DNA of 64,000 bases from Basidiobolus meristosporus CBS 931.73 (taxonomy: Eukaryota; Fungi; Basidiobolomycota), in assembly GCA_002104905.1 (NCBI GenBank), contig MCFE01000159.1:1-64000 (forward strand). The letters run 5' to 3'. This document shows positions 61,262 through 64,000 of this stretch, piece after piece. The notes under the pieces were generated by a model, which saw only the letters and a list, made by a program, of their open reading frames with translations, searched no databases and was not told where the DNA came from. The translations under genes and the position numbers were made by a program. Positions within the stretch are counted from its first letter, which is position 1. The number at the start of each line of letters is the position of its first letter.

Positions 61262-63971
61262 TCAAGTAGGGACCTGAACAAGCTCGTCGTCTTGAGCAAG
61301 TGTTTGGAACCAATAGATCAAATATTCGAGTGGGCGGGTGCGAGGCTGCTGCTGTTCCTGTTGATTGGTAGTATGTTCCGGGTACCATACCACGGTTGTA
61401 CCGTTGGCGTTGCTAATCCGCTCAACCTTCTGGTCAAGCATAGGTTGTTGCAGAAACATTGTGGTTAGGATTCCAAGGATGTACACGACCAAGGTGTACA
61501 GAATCACCGTGACCGTGCCACTTCCACGAGTCTTCACCAAAGTGGTGTCACTGCTGTCGAGCCTATCGAGTCCTTTTGGGGACTTTGAAGTGGACGCCGG
61601 AGCGTCCAGTCGACGCCGAAGTGGATTCTCTCGAGGTGGTGAAACCCTTTGAAGAACCCCAGTTGAACTGCCAGATGCCTGGTCACGATTGTCAGAATGC
61701 GAGAGTAGCTCCTGGATAAGGAGTTCTTGAGCGTTGAACTTGCCAATAAGTTTCTGGTATTCCGTTTCCAAGTTCTGGTGGAATTCATCACTTTCTTCAT
61801 CGAGTACTCTATCGGCCTCTGACTCCAATTGCTTACCAGCCAATTGGCTCTTCGTGGATAAACCAACTTTGGATGGTAAGGCTTCATCAGTCTGAGCTTC
61901 AGATGGAATTTGACGCTCACATTGAACCCCGGCTTCCCGTGTAGCAGAAGTATTGGCATTGCTTCGTAAACGGTCAATCTCTTCCTGGAGCGACTGTCTT
62001 TCGAGTGCACTTGCTTTCTTGGCTTCCTGGAGTTGGTTCACAGCCTTTTGTAGTTTCTGAGAAGCATCCTTGGCCTCCGTTTTAAACAGAGTGTTCTGGC
62101 TCTCTAGAAACGCGATATAGCTACGGTTTGGTTCATGGTCAGACTCTAAAACAGGTAAAACTTGATCATCGTCTGCTGAGTTGGAGAATATACCACTAGC
62201 GGAATCATCGAGCAGTGAGGATAATTCAAAATGTAGGTTTTTCTCGCTTTCAACCGCAGAAACCTCTTCAAGCTCTTTGAACGATACATTTACCGGCTTG
62301 TTGACACCTTTGATAGCATCATCAAGATCGTGTCGCAAGCGGTCAACTACATCCCGAAGATGTTGGTTTTCGTCCTTTAGCTCTTCAACCTCTTGTTCAA
62401 GTGTCTGCGCGAATGCGACCTCCTGCTCCAATCTGGAGACATGGGTCTCAAATGCCGTACGTTCTTGTTGGTATTTCTTTTGCTCCATTGCAAGGCCTTC
62501 AAGCTCCAATTCGGATTTAAAAAGTTCCTCTTCTCGAAGCCTTAATAAATGTTGTATTTTTTCCGTTTCCTCTCGTTTTTCGTCATATTGTCGACGTAGA
62601 TCACTGTATAGGTTCTTGTGGTGTGAGAGCACTCTGGATATTGACACGATCTCGGATTCCAGCTATAATTGTTAAACAATAGGCTTAATATTTGAGAGGG
62701 GAAACCGATAGTCACTGTTGCCACAATACCATAACTATTTGCTGCAGATGAGCTTTTTCATTCCCCTTGTACTCCTGAATTTCTCGTTTTTTGACTGTCA
62801 ATTCTGTCTTCATATCATCAACGCGAGATTGAAGTTCAGAGATTCGCTCCTCATGCTGACGAACCGAAAGAGTAAGATTCTTCTCCGTTTGATGGAGCCT
62901 CTTGTTCAGTTCCAATGAAATACGACTTAGATGGCCAATCTGAGATACGGCGTCTTTAGACTATAAAACCCATGCACTAAGCGTAAGAAATAGATATGGA
63001 AAGCGCAATAGTATAGATACATACGTTAATACCAAAGTCGTCTCCACCAAATCCTTCGAAGCTTTTTTCGTCCCCAAGGAAAGAGTCGTCAAGGATATCA
63101 TTACCATACAATTCCATGAAGCTACGGCTATATCTCAGAGACTTGGGGGATTTTGTGGGCGATGCCTATTTGGGTGACCTAAATGAGTGAAACGTCTTGG
63201 ACAATCAAGCCTAGAAGCACAATACCTTGTCAAACTTTGATTTAGCAGAGTTGCGGTTAACAGAGCGTTCGAACAAATAAGAGTCTTCGCCTTCGAAGTC
63301 ACTAAGTGTAGGGACTGCTGCGTATGCATCCCGTCTCTTGTCAACCTCTGTTGAGGGAATGAAAAATGAGTCAGCCGTATGTTGAAACTTATATATCATA
63401 ACCAAGGAAAGACACATTACCGGCTGCAGCCTTGCGAGTTGAAAGTGTGCGCGTAACCGGTGTGGTTCTCTGTCTTGAAGAAAGCGGGGATAGGGGGTGT
63501 GCAAAACCTAAAGTAGTGTGGGGTCTTGGAATGGTAGAGGGGCGATTGTTTCTGACAGGAGTCTTAGGGCTTGATGAGGTATTGGGGGAAGGTGGGGGTG
63601 CAGAGAGTTGGGAGATTAGTCTATAGAGGTCTTGTGGGGAAAGTTCCAATTCAGCATTCTTTAGGCAAAATTTCTGCAATAGCTTTTTAGGTTCTGAATC
63701 TAGGAGCTCAACTCCCTGTTCGCGTTCAAAGATATCCAGTATAGGAAACAAATCTCGAGCCACTATAGAGCCGCGGTTATCTTGGTCGAACTTTGTGAAT
63801 ATTGCCTCAAGGTTCGAATGGAGGTTTGAAAGAGTGCTGGTAGGGTCCACCTAGGTTTAGTCCACTCTTGTTTAGAGAGGGAACAAATAGAACTACAGAT
63901 GAATAGGAAAGGCGGGCTGCTACCTTTTTTCTAATTTCTACTTCAGTGTTTTGAGTCCGAGTGGTTGACAT
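61262..63971 (-). CDS. tail-anchored coiled-coil protein with N-terminal EF-hand-like domain, probable fungal KASH-type outer nuclear membrane protein
   Basis: Exon 1 MSTTRTQNTEVEIRKK (63971-63924), intron to 63851, LEAIFTKFDQDNRGSIVARDLFPIL; long coiled coil; single TM near the end; short tail ending ..YWFQTLAQDDELVQVPT-stop. Confidence 0.7.
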
Positions 63972-64000
63972 TATTAGTATGGTTCTCAGCTTGGTACTGA

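Noticed and set aside
1-64000. CRISPR arrays, rRNA, tRNA genes, telomeric arrays, prokaryotic or viral operons
   Set aside because: None seen; repeats are LTRs, TIRs or gene duplicates, and genes have spliceosomal introns.

Overview
Eukaryotic, fungal-type DNA with short GT-AG introns. The gene set and style suggest an early-diverging, zygomycete-grade fungus, which cannot be proven from the window. There are two sharply different halves. (1) About 1-32.4 kb is a CpG-depleted nest of decayed transposons: a three-LTR Ty1/copia element with one TSD inserted into a foldback MITE, two copies of a Ty3/gypsy family, several solo LTRs from at least four LTR families, a reconstructable PIF/Harbinger-type DNA transposon split by a gypsy insertion, and EnSpm/CACTA-like transposase relics, one as a large inverted duplication. 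(2) About 33-64 kb is a compact, CpG-rich gene block: GPC1, a hypothetical mitochondrial-type protein, and an array of five intron-containing genes for secreted 8-Cys (twin CX3C hairpin), Ser/Thr-rich, GPI-like surface proteins that the ORF track misses. That array encloses a tandem pair of long-chain fatty alcohol oxidase genes (one intact, one with two nonsense codons, homogenised by about 1 kb of near-identity). Then follow a Rom2-like RhoGEF, cullin-3, RPS6, QCR7, a TMEM97/EXPERA protein, PSF2 and a KASH-like nuclear-envelope protein. All alignments and splice models were made by eye; no database search was run.
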